Positions 24,701 through 38,200 of a stretch of 64,000 bases of DNA are shown here, piece by piece. The notes under the pieces were generated by a model. That model did no database searches, was not told the DNA's origin, and saw nothing but the letters and a program-made list of their open reading frames with translations. Both the position numbers and the translations under genes were made by a program. How positions within the stretch are numbered: the stretch's first letter is position 1; the number at the start of each line of letters is the position of its first letter. The stretch lies in the NCBI RefSeq assembly GCF_964355755.1, contig NC_092675.1:24586912-24650911 (forward strand). Direction: 5' to 3'. Source of the DNA: Antedon mediterranea. Lineage: Eukaryota; Animalia; Echinodermata.

Positions 24701-25746
24701 TTTCCAGTAGCCTTTGTCACGCAAATTATAAATAATAAATTCATAACAGTATTTATAATTTTCCTGTATGTGTAAGTTATATGTGTATCTGTGCATTCTT
24801 TTACATTTCGATAGCCCATTGCAAATGCCCATACGTTTCTGGATATGGGGCCCATGTGGGTTTTGTATGGGATGGGCTTCCTAAGATGGGACCCACATGG
24901 GTACTGGGAGCAAAACCAGAAGAATCCAATATTTGCAACCAATTATGATACCCATTTGTTTTCAGATATGGGCCCCATATGGGTTTTGTTTGGAATGGGC
25001 TTACCAAGATTGGACCCACATGGGGCTTGGGTGCAAAACTGTTAAAATCCCATATGGGCAACACATAATTTGCCCATTAAGTCTTCGGATATGGGCCCCA
25101 TGTGGGTTCTGTATTGGATAGGCTACTCAATATGGGACCCACATGGGTATCGGGTGCAAAACAAGATGAATCCCATATGGTACCCATATTTTTTTCTGAT
25201 ATGGGTCCCATGTGGTTATATATGGGCTATGTGGGCCTTCCCATGTGGGACCCATATGGTTCTTGGGTGCAAAAATAGTTGAATCCCATATGGGAAACAT
25301 AATATGATACCCATATGCTTTGAAATATGGGCCCCATATGGGTTATATATGGGCTATGTGGGCCTTCCCATGTGGGACCCATATGGTTCTTGGGTGCAAA
25401 AATAGTTGAATCCCATATGGGAAACATAATATGATACCCATATGCTTTGAAATATGGGCCCCATATGGGTTATATATGGGCTATGTGGGCCTTCCCATGT
25501 GGGACCCATATGGTTTTTGGGTGCAAAAATAGTTGAATCCCATATGGGAAACATAATATGATACCCATATGCTTTGAAATATGGGCCCCATATGGGTTAT
25601 ATATGGGCTATGTGGGCCTTCCCATATGGGACCCACATGGTTCTTGGGTGCAAAAATAGTGGAATCCCATATGGGAAACCCATATGGTACCCATGTATGC
25701 TCTCATATGGGTCCCATATGGTTCCCATATGGGCTTGCTACCTGGG
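21747..25746. mobile_element. 4.0 kb non-autonomous EnSpm/CACTA(CMC)-type transposon
   Basis: 18 bp perfect TIR CCCAGGTAGCAAGCCCAT; 2 bp TSD AA confirmed by the empty site at about 26100; subterminal CCCAT/ATGGG arrays (182 bp unit at left, about 21750-23160; 127 bp unit at right, about 24815-25745). Confidence 0.85.
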
Positions 25747-26039
25747 AAGACATTACGGCTTGCAACATGGGCAGACATCTCGGTCCTAACGGGACACAGG
25801 AAGATAGCCTACAGTTATTCATACTCAATAAAACTCAGCTATCGGGATTTCACTCGAAAAATGTCTTATCATCAAATCTCCCTATGTAATTTTATAATAC
25901 TATTCCCCACAATATATTCTGATTCTTTATGGCGTATATTTAATTTGATCTTTATTAATTTGCAATATAATTTCTATTATTTAACTACTGTACCTTCACA
26001 CACGCGCGGTATGTTTTAAAATAAACAAAAAACGGAAAT

Positions 26040-26399
26040 AATACATTATTTAATTTAATCATCTTTTGAAACTAACTGCCGTGACAGAGTGGGCCCAAGA
26101 AAGAAGACATTACGGCTTGCAACATGGGCAGACATCTCGGTCCTAACGGGACACAGGAAGATAGCCTACAGTTATTCATGCAAGCTTACTCAATAACACT
26201 CAGCTATCGGGATTTCACTCGAAAAATGTCTTCAAATCTCCCTATGTAATTTTATAATACTATTCCCCACAATATATTCTGATTCTTTATGGCGTATATT
26301 TAATTTGATCTTTATTAATTTGCAGTATAATTTCTATTATTTAACTACTGTACCTTCACACACGCGCGGTATGTTTAAAAATAAACAAAAAACTGAAAT
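26040..26399 (+). repeat. ~360 bp tandem duplicate of 21681-21746 + 25747-26039 (uninterrupted copy)
   Basis: Near-identical sequence ATACATTATTTAATTTAATCATC...GGGCCCAAGAAAGAAGACATTACGG...CACACGCGCGGTATG. Confidence 0.9.
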
Positions 26400-27399
26400 G
26401 GCTATGACTAATGGCCAACTTAAGCTCCAGTCCTACTATCTGATTTTTTTTCGTCTTCCAAAGGGACACTGTATGATTGATGGAAAGTGCCTGTTTCCAG
26501 TCACCTTTAGGGTCAAATCTATTATTTTAACTGCTCCCTTGTGTATAAAAGAGAGAAAATATTTGAAACCAGGTTGTTGCAAGGTGAACTTATCTTAAAC
26601 CCGGAAATTACTTTGACCGGGAAGAATTGAAATTGAGATGAAAATCTAATGTTGAAATCATAAATTTTGTTAAAAAACTCTTTATAATATCTTCCAAAGA
26701 TAGAAATATGTAACAATAGCGTCGATGTGAACACTGATGTTATCAAATCTACGTTTCGCGGTACATCTCAGATAGATAAGGTAGGTATCCAAGGCGGAGA
26801 TTTGTACCGAAGTTTTTGCATTGTGCTCGCCTATGTCAGAATTAACCATAATTTTATATATAGATACTTTCCAATAATTAGCGATCTGTAATTTCTGGTG
26901 TTTTTTTTGTTGTACACGATTTTGTTGAAAATAAGCAGATGACTAAATATAGGTACTTATTTTGAGTACATTTGTTGTGCTTTTATTCAACTTCAGATTT
27001 TTTTTTTTTAGTAATGGTAGGTCCTATATTATGTATGCTCCGTATTTAACCACCAACTTTGTTCACTTTTCACTTTCTTGGTGTCACCAATTATATAGAA
27101 TTACTTTATGCATGGAGAAATAAGTTATTTCTCCATGCTTTATGTAAACTACACATATCGACTGAAAAATGTGTTTGACGATTTAAGGGATATTTTTTCG
27201 TGATTTCTGTTACACATATTATTTGTAATGTAGATTTTATTAACATGGTAGGCCTATTTATTAGAAAAAAAACCCCCATTATATTAATGTGTTTACTACG
27301 GACAATTTGCCGGGGGCTTGAAGATTACAATAGAGTACAATATCACCTACCCTACAAAGAGTGTAACAAGGTTTTCTCCTTTCTGTGACTCGAACAATT

Positions 27400-27795
27400 T
27401 AGGACGGACAGACAGAACATGAAGTTATAAAATCATAATAACTTGCAGCTTACCACATATATTTGAAAACTGATTAATTAATTAACTATGTCTCCATTGA
27501 TTATTTGATTTAAACTTGTTCTCATTATGTAAAAGCTATCACTTGAAAATAATTAGTAATCCCCGCTACCCAAAATACTGCACAAAAGACTATACACGAG
27601 CCATAAAGATAAGATAATCAGTTTGACTCACAGTCGTCGCACGTCAGCAGCAGTACAGTACGGTAGTCATTAAAGAGGAAGTCATTCAGTCGTACTTTAC
27701 AGAGCCTACTAAACGTCGATGATACTAGGCCTACACCACAGCAGATATTGCTTAGACCTAAGTAAAAGTGGTTGCTTAATTTTTCCCAAAGAATT
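27400..27795 (+). promoter_or_regulatory. Putative nodal proximal promoter / 5' UTR
   Basis: AP-1 TGACTCA at 27624-27630, CRE half-site ACGTCA at 27641-27646, Smad-like CAGAC near 27409; motif matches only. Confidence 0.35.
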
Positions 27796-30610
27796 ATGTA
27801 TACCTTAAGCCTAGTTTGTATTATTCACATTTCAGCTGCATTCGCTTTCGAGGCAACATTTGTTCGCAACACTTCCGAAATTGTTTCTGATACACCTTTT
27901 CCTCCGAACTACTCGGGTTCAAGAACCGAAGATGAGGTTCAGCACATCCATGATTTTCACGAACTTTGGTATGTTATTTTGGAAGAAGCTAGGCTGAACA
28001 GAATGGAACAAAACTCATCAACTCCGACATATATGTTAGATTTATATCGGTCAGTTAAGGGACCAAAGTCGACGATTCACCCATCAGAGGTGGAAGCATC
28101 AGTTATTCAGGATTCGGATACCGTAAGGAGTTTTTTACCGTTGGAATCAGGTAGGCTATTAAATTATTTTAAACGAAGTGTTTAATTACTTTACAGTGCA
28201 AATGTTTATTCAGTTGTTTACTGACTTTATAAATAAAATATCAAGAAAACCACAAATCATATTACTCAAAGAGTCTCCCAAAATAATCTGTTTAACATTT
28301 TTGTTAAATAATAGGCAATTGTAGGCCTAATGTCATAAAAAACTTTTTAACTAACATTTGCCTACGAAAGTGAATAACTTATTACAATTGCAAAATGGCC
28401 TATGCAAGGTTTGATTAATCTTCGTTTTTTATGCTTAGGCCTACATGGGACAATTTTAGTTAGGCCTATAAAAATAATTATTATAATGAAGACTTATATT
28501 TAGGCTATGTTATTGTCGCGTAAGCAAACACATCATACACATTTGATTAAAATATTCTAATGCTTTCTAAAGTTAACTACCGATTGTAAAATCCTGAATC
28601 TACTTACCGTTTCAATGTATTGTTTGGGTATTTAGACAGATAAATCGGCTTAAATTAGTCGTATTAGTGTCATAATACTAAGTTAACTTGCTTTGTTCTT
28701 CTCATCGAACTTAAAGTACACAACTTTACTGCCACTTATTTGTTAAGCTATTTTGTAAAAGGAACTTTGTAAGGAGCTAACGTTTGCCTAATTGTTAACG
28801 TTTTAAAGCAAAGAGATTAGCGTGTCATTTTCTTTAGTAGTAAACTGCCATCGATTAATGACACTCCAAACTTTTTATTCACATAACAACATAACAAAAT
28901 TCAGTATATTTTAATCACAAGTTATTGACTTTTTTGTTTAATGAGTTTCTAAAAAAAGTTTTTTTTTTAAATTTGTGTGTTAAATGTGTATTTCATGCTA
29001 TTCAGAATGTAAAATACCTGAACAAACACTTAGAAAATTTAACTCAAAGGGTATTTATTTTTGGCGTTGTATATTTCCTTGAATGCATCTTTTAGGCCTA
29101 GTATATCATCAAAAAACCCATTTTAGGCCTATTTTTCTTTGTGCGCTGCTCTAGACGTTTTTGCGCCTCCGGCTAGTAATCTCGAGCGTTTTATGTTTGT
29201 TCATTTTCTCTACTTAGTGCATACTACATAGAATAAACACACAAATAACAGTAACAAGCTGAATAAGTTCGACCCATAAGATATAAAATATCTCATGTTA
29301 TACGGTTTTATGTTATTCACAGATATTAAAGAAGATCAAGGAAGGTTTAGTTTTAACCTCTCTGTCATTGAACCCGAAGAAGACATCCGACTATGTGAAG
29401 TTCGTGTTTCAAATAGATTGTTTCGATGGACTGATTCCGACGAGGTCCGAATCAGTATATACCAAACATGTAACAAGCGTTGCCAGAATCCAGACGCCTG
29501 TATCTCTTCTACAAGAATTTCAACAACAAAGTTTTCTTTAACAATTGATAAGGATGAAGATCAATATGTATTTGATATTACACGGCCAATACGTTATGCA
29601 TTACAAATGGAACGTTCTTCGTATTGTGCTCTTGAGATAGTTATAACAGATGACGAGGAGTTACATGATAGTGGTGGTCGAAGCAGACGGGAGATACTTG
29701 GAAGAATTGATGTAGCTTCTGGGATGTTCATACCGACAGAAACAGCAGGCAGAAGTAACAGAACCGATAATGTTGTGTTAGTGGCGTTTACTCGTGATAC
29801 AAGTCCTAAGAATGTCTTGAGAGATGCCAAGGTTCATGAAAACTCTGCTACGTCTTTTCAAACTGAAATTGTAGATACCGGGCGAGAGCGTCGGGATCTC
29901 AGAGAGGACAGGCGACGAAAGAAAGAGCGGGATAGAAATAAAGAGAAAAAGCAACAACAAGAAATAGAGAAATATAAAAAGCTTGCATCTGAACTGCTAG
30001 AAGTACCAACATGTCAGAGAGTAAGCTTTGAGGTAATTCAGTTACAATTTTCTACGCCTTCATCTCCCTATGTATTATTGACCTTTCTTCTACGGATAAC
30101 TCTTTTTTTCTTAATCGTCACATTATCTGTTAAATCTTTCGTTATTTTCTTCTTTTACATTTGACAATATCCGGATAGTTTACAGAAATAGTTTATTTAA
30201 AGAAAAAAAGGTATACTTTTTTGCAAGTTTGTATGAAAAGAAGGAAATTGGAAGTCGTTGTTTAAGTTTTACAATTATATTATTATATTATTATTATATA
30301 GTGTTGTTCTTTTCTCACTCCTCAGATAAACTTTCAGCAGATTGGATGGAGTCGTTGGATCATCTACCCGCAAAATTTCGAGGCGTACCGGTGTGAGGGA
30401 AGTTGTATGGGTCCTATGACCTCTGAACACAACCCCAGCAACCACGCTGTCATGCAAAGTCTTGTGAACCAGAAGAGACCAGATTTAGTGCCACCGGTTT
30501 GCTGTGTTCCTACTAAGTTGGTACCATTGAGTATGTTATATTTTGAACAAGGTACAATCGCCTTGAAAAAACATGATGAAATGGTGGTTACTGAATGCGG
30601 GTGTCGATAG
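27796..30610 (+). CDS. nodal: Nodal (TGF-beta family ligand), 3 exons
   Basis: Exons 27796-28150, 29323-30032, 30326-30610. Signal peptide; prodomain PTYMLDLY, DTVRSF, FSFNLS; furin sites RSRR and RERR; mature domain [34 protein letters not shown]...PSNHAVMQSLV...CCVPTKLVPLSMLYFEQG...HDEMVVTECGCR. WIIYP, AYRCEG and PLSMLY are Nodal-type. AATAAA at 30771. Confidence 0.9.
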
Positions 30611-31090
30611 TCTGTCCACATTCCAAAGTTCCAATTTTTTCCCCAAATTATCATAAATGTCACAATAATAATGCAGTATAAAAGTCAATTTAATGATGAA
30701 TTCGAGGTCACAATTCTTGAGCTTTGCCGTTCCGTGCGATTAGCTGAATTGATAGTGATTAGTAAAATGGAATAAAGTAAATTTATTTTGAAGCAAAATG
30801 TTCGTTATTTATATTTGTTCAAATTATATTAATACTGTATTATTTTCACCGAAATCTTCTATAACTTAAACACATTATAATGCTTTATTTGAGATGTATA
30901 TTAATAACAGTACGGCATCAAAACAGAGTCCAGATTAAAAAAAAATGTTGCTTTAAGTTATTGCTTTAATTCGTTTTGATACATTCAATTAAACTATAAT
31001 ATATAATACAAATAAAATAACAAAACACAATTCCCATCCCGCAAAAAGAAGATACAATTGTGTTTTCACTACCTCTGTTTTCATATTTAA

Positions 31091-31480
31091 GGCACATTTA
31101 CACTAGGACGATAACGATCGACGATAAGTAGCCTATTATAAGCATGCATATTTTTTACATAAAACAAAAGAAATTAGAAAGGGTTTCGTTCTAAAACTAT
31201 AGGATAATCATTTATGCTGTCTAAAATGATATTTTAAAAATTTCAATCAAATGAGGTCATGGTAAATAAAAACAATAAAATCGTTGTATTGTCACGATAT
31301 TATTTTTCTTATAATCATGACGTCATTTGATTGGACGTTTTAAAATATCATATCCATCAAAGACTGCATAAATGATTATTCTATAGTTTTTTAGAACGAA
31401 AACCTTTCTAATTTCTTTTGATTTATGTATGAAAAATGTCTATTTATCGTCGATCGTTATCGTCCTAGTGTAAATAGGCC
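31091..31480. mobile_element. Harbinger-like fold-back MITE
   Basis: TIR GGC..ATTTACACTAGGACGATAACGATCGACGATAA, with imperfect inverted similarity extending through most of the element; TAA on the left flank. Confidence 0.75.
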
Positions 31481-32271
31481 TTTAGTCTGCACTGATATTA
31501 TTTATATTAACAGATTTATATTTCATAATGATATATTAATAATTTATTTTCTTATTTTCAATTAAATATAGTTAAATTAATGATATTATTAACACCTTGT
31601 TAGTAATAATATCAATAATAAAAATTCAGTATATACCATAGATAGAACATTTCTATCATGTTACATGTCTACTACCATAAATAAATAACTTTATTTGAAC
31701 AGACGCTTTTAGAACAGCGGCACACGTTTTATGACGGTGCGTTCATAAGTTTAAAGAAAAAGAAAAGGAAATGAATTATACAATAGTTGATTAACAAATT
31801 AAAGTATGAAAATAAACTTTAAGATCAACGAATACAGTATACCATATTACCATAGTTAAGATACTGTACAGTGTAAAGGCCATGGAATGAGAATTATAAC
31901 CAACAAAAGTGTCACACAGGCATAACATTAATTTGTTAGTCAATATATAGGCCTAGATTATTGCACATGAAAAGTACTAATACATCTAGTCTATGATACT
32001 GTGTGAGAACTGGAACCCGAATAGATAAAAATAATCACATCGTTTAGCAGATATACACTGTCGCCCAATATAATCAATGAGTTTAAGATTAATTAACATC
32101 GGAAGTGATTTATTTAATTAGTTAAAGTATTAGTTTCTACGAAACCTAAAGTACTATAGAGACGTAATGAAAATAAAAAGGTTTATAAGATGATTCAGGT
32201 CTGAGTTATAAAAATAGCCATTGAATTGTCCACTTATGGTCACGGAATCATCTTGATACTAATTTCGATAG

Positions 32272-35200
32272 TTATTTTATAAATGATGTTTCTTCTTCCT
32301 CAATCAGGCGTGTGAAATCCTATATATTTGCAAAAAAAAAAAAAACAAATAAAAGTAATAGTAATAATGTATAATGTAATAAAAATTAATAATGTAATCA
32401 CAGTAAGAGATTTGTGAAAGTTACTATTAAAATAAATATACATAACATTTTAAGGATACAGCACTATATTATGCTACCATCATCGCGCGACCGTCTGTGC
32501 AAAACCCCACTATATTATAATAATGTCATCATCAGCATACATATTGCAAGTTTATGAATGGAAAAGCATCTGCTTTATGTTAATAATGTATTGATCATCA
32601 TTATTTTCTATTTTCATAATAAATTATAGTTTGGTAAAATCATAATTGTTTGATATCGATCCGAGTAATAATCAAAACATAGTAATGAGACGCTAAATCA
32701 AATATAAATTATTGATGCGTTTTATGGAACCTTCCTAATAATCTAAACTAACCAATATCAAACGTATACACACGCCATTTTAAGAATAAATACAGAAGGA
32801 ATAAACCAGGGTGATGATAAACCTCGTGCATTTTCTGAACGATTTTAACGAAGGTTAAAATTCCTACCCAAGTGAATCACATTTATTATTATTACAGAAG
32901 ATCAGATCAGATCATCAGAATAATAAATACGTAAACTTGTGGCCAAATCTGACATGAAAAAGAACATAGTATAAAGCTTGGTTCTTCCCACTATGACGCT
33001 ATGACGGTAGGGACGTCAGCGCAATACCAAGTAATTTGACCAATCACAAGCGATAACTGTGCGAAATGTCGTCTCGTTACGCTTACGTCCTTGTGGTGGA
33101 GCACGAAGCTTTTCATAAAACAGTTTTACAATTTTGTTAGGATGGATTAGATAGGGATTGAATAATGTTACTTCAATTCCATTCATAAGATTTTAAATAA
33201 ATAAGATGATTTAATTTTACCTCCATATTTTCCCCTCTTGTTTCTTTCATGTGAGTAAGAGGAATTATACAACATATAATGCTCGTTGCAGTTAATACTA
33301 TTAGTGACATTTCACGGTTTTGATGCATAAGAACCTGAAAATTAATTGATAGTTGACCTAAATTTCCATTTGCTAATATAACTTTTTTTCATTTTTATCC
33401 TTAAAACAACACGTTTTTGTCATTCCATTTTATCAGATATCACTGAGCATCGTTAATAGTTAATGATGTTTAGAAACATGATTATAATATAGCAGTAGTA
33501 AAATAATTAATAATTAATAGATTAATTAAAATTAAGATTAACTTTAAGATTTGAATTTTAAAAAAAAGAAATTTAAGATTGGTATCCTTTGTATCAGTTG
33601 ACACTCTATTTTTAATGTCTAAATTAAATACCAAAAAAATAAAAAGACAATTATTTACATTCACCCATCAAATAAACTAATACAAAATAATTAAAAAAAA
33701 TTAGTACTCCACATAAATCATTGCTCTATTTGGGAATATCTAACAGGAAGAGTTTCATAGTCCTACTCCGTCCTTATTCAATTTACAATATGTGTTTGTC
33801 AATTAATTAACATACCTGTGTAGCTAATGGCGAGATTGCAGCTCCTACCATACCAACTGCCATGGAACTACCCACACCAATTCCACGCAATGATGTGGGG
33901 TAAATCTCTAAGGCGTACATGTGTAAAATTGTGAATATTCCTGCTGTAAATGCTAAGGAACCTGCTAGCCAAAATGTTAACATTACTCTGATAAATAAAA
34001 TACAAACATTTTGAATTAGATTTACAGACTGTTATTATTATTATTATTATTATTATAAATTGTCACTAATTTCACGTTTTTATTGGCATTAGGTATATTT
34101 TTGTAAATGAAACGTCACTATCAGACGGGTCTACTACCTATAGCTATCTAGTTATTTATTTTTAATTTGGAGGGCAGGACCGTACCATCCGTTGTAAATG
34201 GTGTGTAGTTTTACCCAGTTTTTTTATACTGTTTATTCTTCTTTTTCTGGCAACATTTTAAAATGATAGTAGGCCTACTGCTTGCCGATTTTCTCCACAT
34301 TTGACCAGCATGACCGGAACAATCCCCATTAATGTTCACAGCTTAGAATCCCATTTTTTGATTGTCTCTAGTTTAAAGACCTCTTATACTGCGATGTTTT
34401 AAACATATTAACTTACTTGCCAGTAAAGAAAACCATCATAAGAAACGACAACGCAGATCCAAAAGAATTTAGTGACAAAGTGTAAGGCCTCCCTATCTTT
34501 TCAACAAGCCACACATTAAGTGGTACTCCTGCAAATATGTAAATCGAAATAAGATTAACATGGATTTCTACTTATAATAAGCTATGCCACAGAGATTCCT
34601 CCTTTTGTTTTGTAAGGATTATTTATGTATGTTTATGATTATGTGAATGGAAATAAATAAAGAAAGAAAGAACACTTCACTATGCTGAACATTCAAAATT
34701 GTCCAAAATGTTACTAAACTTTAAGGGTTAGGCCTATAGGTTTACCAAATTACCAGACGTAACCTACAATTAGAAATAGGCCTTCATAGGCCTATAGCTT
34801 TCACGATGCATCTGGTAAATGGTTTCGATACCATTTTTTTCGTACTAAATTTGTGTAAAATATAATTGGTCGATGACACGGTCTCAATTATTCTTAACTT
34901 ACCGAGTAGTTCGCCAAAGGAGGCTATACTTAACAGTATAAAACTATCAGTGTTAAATTTCATATTGCAAGATGCATCAAGTTCATCTATAGATTCATTT
35001 CTATCAATCATAAAGCTGATACCGGAGACTTGAACTACGTCAGTGCTACCTACATATATCCCATAATATGTGAATATACCGCAAAAGAACAGCAACCAAA
35101 CCCGGACTGTGACCCACAAGTAAGCTGGACGAAACAACTCCTGTATACGACCACGACCTTTTTGCTGAAAGCAATTATCATTACTTAGTTGCATGTATAT

Positions 35201-38200
35201 AATAACGGTTTTTCTACTTCCTCAAAGACTACACATTCAGAATTTAAAATCAGTAAACGTATTTAGAAAATTAGACTGCTATAATATTAGTAATGAAATG
35301 ATCATATTCTTTATCATTAGAATTAGGGCTAATAATATACATAATTATACTGTAAACCAAGTCATGTAGTGACAAGTGAATTGAATTTCTTTTCATTTAT
35401 CATAATTAAATAATTCAAAAAAATTAAGTCTTTTTGTGCGTTCAATCAGATTTAGGTATTTATTTGCTCAGGTAGAAAACACACCTCTTTTAGTCTTTCT
35501 AAACGTCCTGGTGGAAGTGTACAAGAATTGTTTTCGGCAACCATTCGAAGTACTTTTTCGGCCATATGTACCTGACCAGTTACGTTGTAAAACCGTGGTG
35601 ATTCAGGTAGAAACTGGAAAAGGGACAAACATAATTTATCATAAGCATCATACTGTACTGAAATTGATAATAGCTAAATGGTAATATTTATAATTTCGTT
35701 TCAATATAATATTTTATAGTGACTTTTAAAAACGATATGTTTACTGGTTTTAATTATTTAATAATGCCACAGGCATTACGTCAGAATTGTTAATGATTAA
35801 TTATAAGATATCAATAATAAAAGACATTTTTATGATATCATAGTTTAAAGGACGTAGCATAAAACGTACACGTTCGTTATAATATAACTCACTTTAGGCC
35901 CAAGACTTTTTTTATACTTACAGCCCAGCTTATTATCATCACTAGAAAATAAAGGAATGCAGTTGTTGCAACATAACTTCTCCAGCCTAACCATGGTATA
36001 ATAGCAGCTCCAACAAGAAAACGAGTCCCGCTACCAATTATCCAAAATAACTGAATAACGTGAAACAATACTTTGAATGAGAATACGGCATAAGAGATCG
36101 TCATATACAACATTAAGTGGCAAATATAGTTCCTTTAATAGTGAAAGTCCAATATTGATTCGCGTTTCGATTCGAATCGTATATCTACTAATTTGATTAT
36201 CTCTGCTTTTATAAAATAACAGTTTCTATAGTAGGCCTAAAAGGGTGTATTAAAAAAAAAAAAAAATTAAAAAAATTTTTTTTTTTCAGGGGATACATAG
36301 TATTTTATAGTACAGTTGAAATAACTTACTTGTTGAATGATAAGAATCTTTCTATGCTGAGGTTTAAGAAACTCAGAAAATAAACCTACCCTATAAAAAA
36401 GTGAAGGAAAAAATACCACAAATATTAAAAACATCATTTTAGTCCTGATTTTGCAAATAGACCAAATTAGGTTTATTATATATAGATAATGTTGTATGCT
36501 TGTACGTTAAAGTTCACACAATTTTGAAGAATTCCTGAATTTGATTGCGAATACCATTAACCAACTTAACATGCTATTGCGTTTGATATGAGGAAAATCA
36601 ATTATATTGATGTAAAAAGCTAAATTCTCGAGTTATCTGTATTAATATGGGCCAGAAAATTAAACAGCACGCCCTCTGTCGCTCTCTTTATTTTTTTCCA
36701 AGAATTCCACATAGTTAATTAATTTATTGCATTTATTTCATTAAAGTATATCTCAATGAATACACCCATTGTTTACCACAGTTCTTTCTTAATTTTCGTT
36801 CGAATTTATATTATTTTCAATGAAATTCTACGAAGCATAAGAAGTAATTCTAGAACGATAATAAATAAAACATAATTTAAATTTATTTTGCAATTCAGGA
36901 AATAATCATTGCCTGACAACCACAACAGACATTATGAATAGACGACTAGAGACAATTACAATCACAGCTTAACGATTCCAATCTTTTCAGTCTGTATTTA
37001 AAGCAGCAATGTTTTCATACAAAACACGTATAAATGGGCTACCATAATTATTATGATACTTTCTTATTATGATTAAAGAAAGAATTAGACAAAGAAAGTG
37101 AATTATAGTAGGCCCTAACATCATAACCATAACATCATAACTATAAAGCATATTAAGTATTTCATATTGGAAACGATAGGCCTATTTAAATGACGGTGTG
37201 TAGGAGGCGTAGAATGTTTAATTTTAATGTGTTATAACTGTAATTACATATACACAGTGTTTTGTCATTAGATGTACTTTTGAAAAGCTATGTAAAATAC
37301 CGTATTACTCACATAACCCGGCGAGATACTGAAGCTCCGCTGACAAGACGTAAGAGCATAAGCCACACGTTATTTGGAGAGAATATTAAAAGGAATACGT
37401 AGAAGAAGTGCCATACATTTAATAACATTAAAATCTGAAAAAAAAAGTAAGTTAGATTTAAAATCCAATAGTGCATACAGACGACCGAATGTAATATTAT
37501 AGTAATTTTATTTCAATATCAACTGTTCTGATCTCATCAAAGAATAACAACCAAAAATAATAATATATTTGATAAAATTTCAATTCAAAACGAAACGTCT
37601 GATACAATTTCGCGTGGAGTCTATGTTCTTAAAAACATGATTCAAACTGTGAAAAGTCTATTTTTAGGAATGAAAACCTTTTAATTATTGCGACACAAGA
37701 GTGCATTTTCACACACCAAGAACCTGTAGTAAAAATAGGTCGTGAATTCGATGCGTTTTATTCACAACTTCATTCAGAAAAATGGCTACTACCAGTAGTA
37801 ACATTTGATGATTAGTATACTGTACTAAATCTATCATGCCAATATGAAAAAAAAAATCATTAACTCATGTTCATATACTAGGATAAAGTAGTAAAAAATT
37901 CAGCCAATGTTAAAAAGTGAGGAAAGAAATGATGGTGGTAAAGGTATGCCTGACATTATAGATATTTGTTTTCATTACAAATATTTACCGGTCGGCGTCC
38001 AAATCGATCAGCAAACTCGCCAAATTTTGCTTGCCCAATGATCCGCGGTATAAAATATGCCTGTGTAAAAAAGAAAGAAAAAACACTATTACGAATGCAA
38101 AATGACCTTGAAGTATAATATAACTAAGTAGCGGTACTTACAGTAGGTTCAATTTCTTTTATGGTATTAATTTTACAAATTAGAATTTTCACTCTAAGAA

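Noticed and set aside
21730-25889. Many overlapping HMG/PIW-rich ORFs
   Set aside because: Translations of CCCAT/ATGGG arrays on both strands, with no protein family motifs.
26749-26777. Hammerhead-like CTGAGA...GAAACGTA on the minus strand
   Set aside because: The core lacks a nucleotide (not CUGANGA) and stems I and II do not pair.
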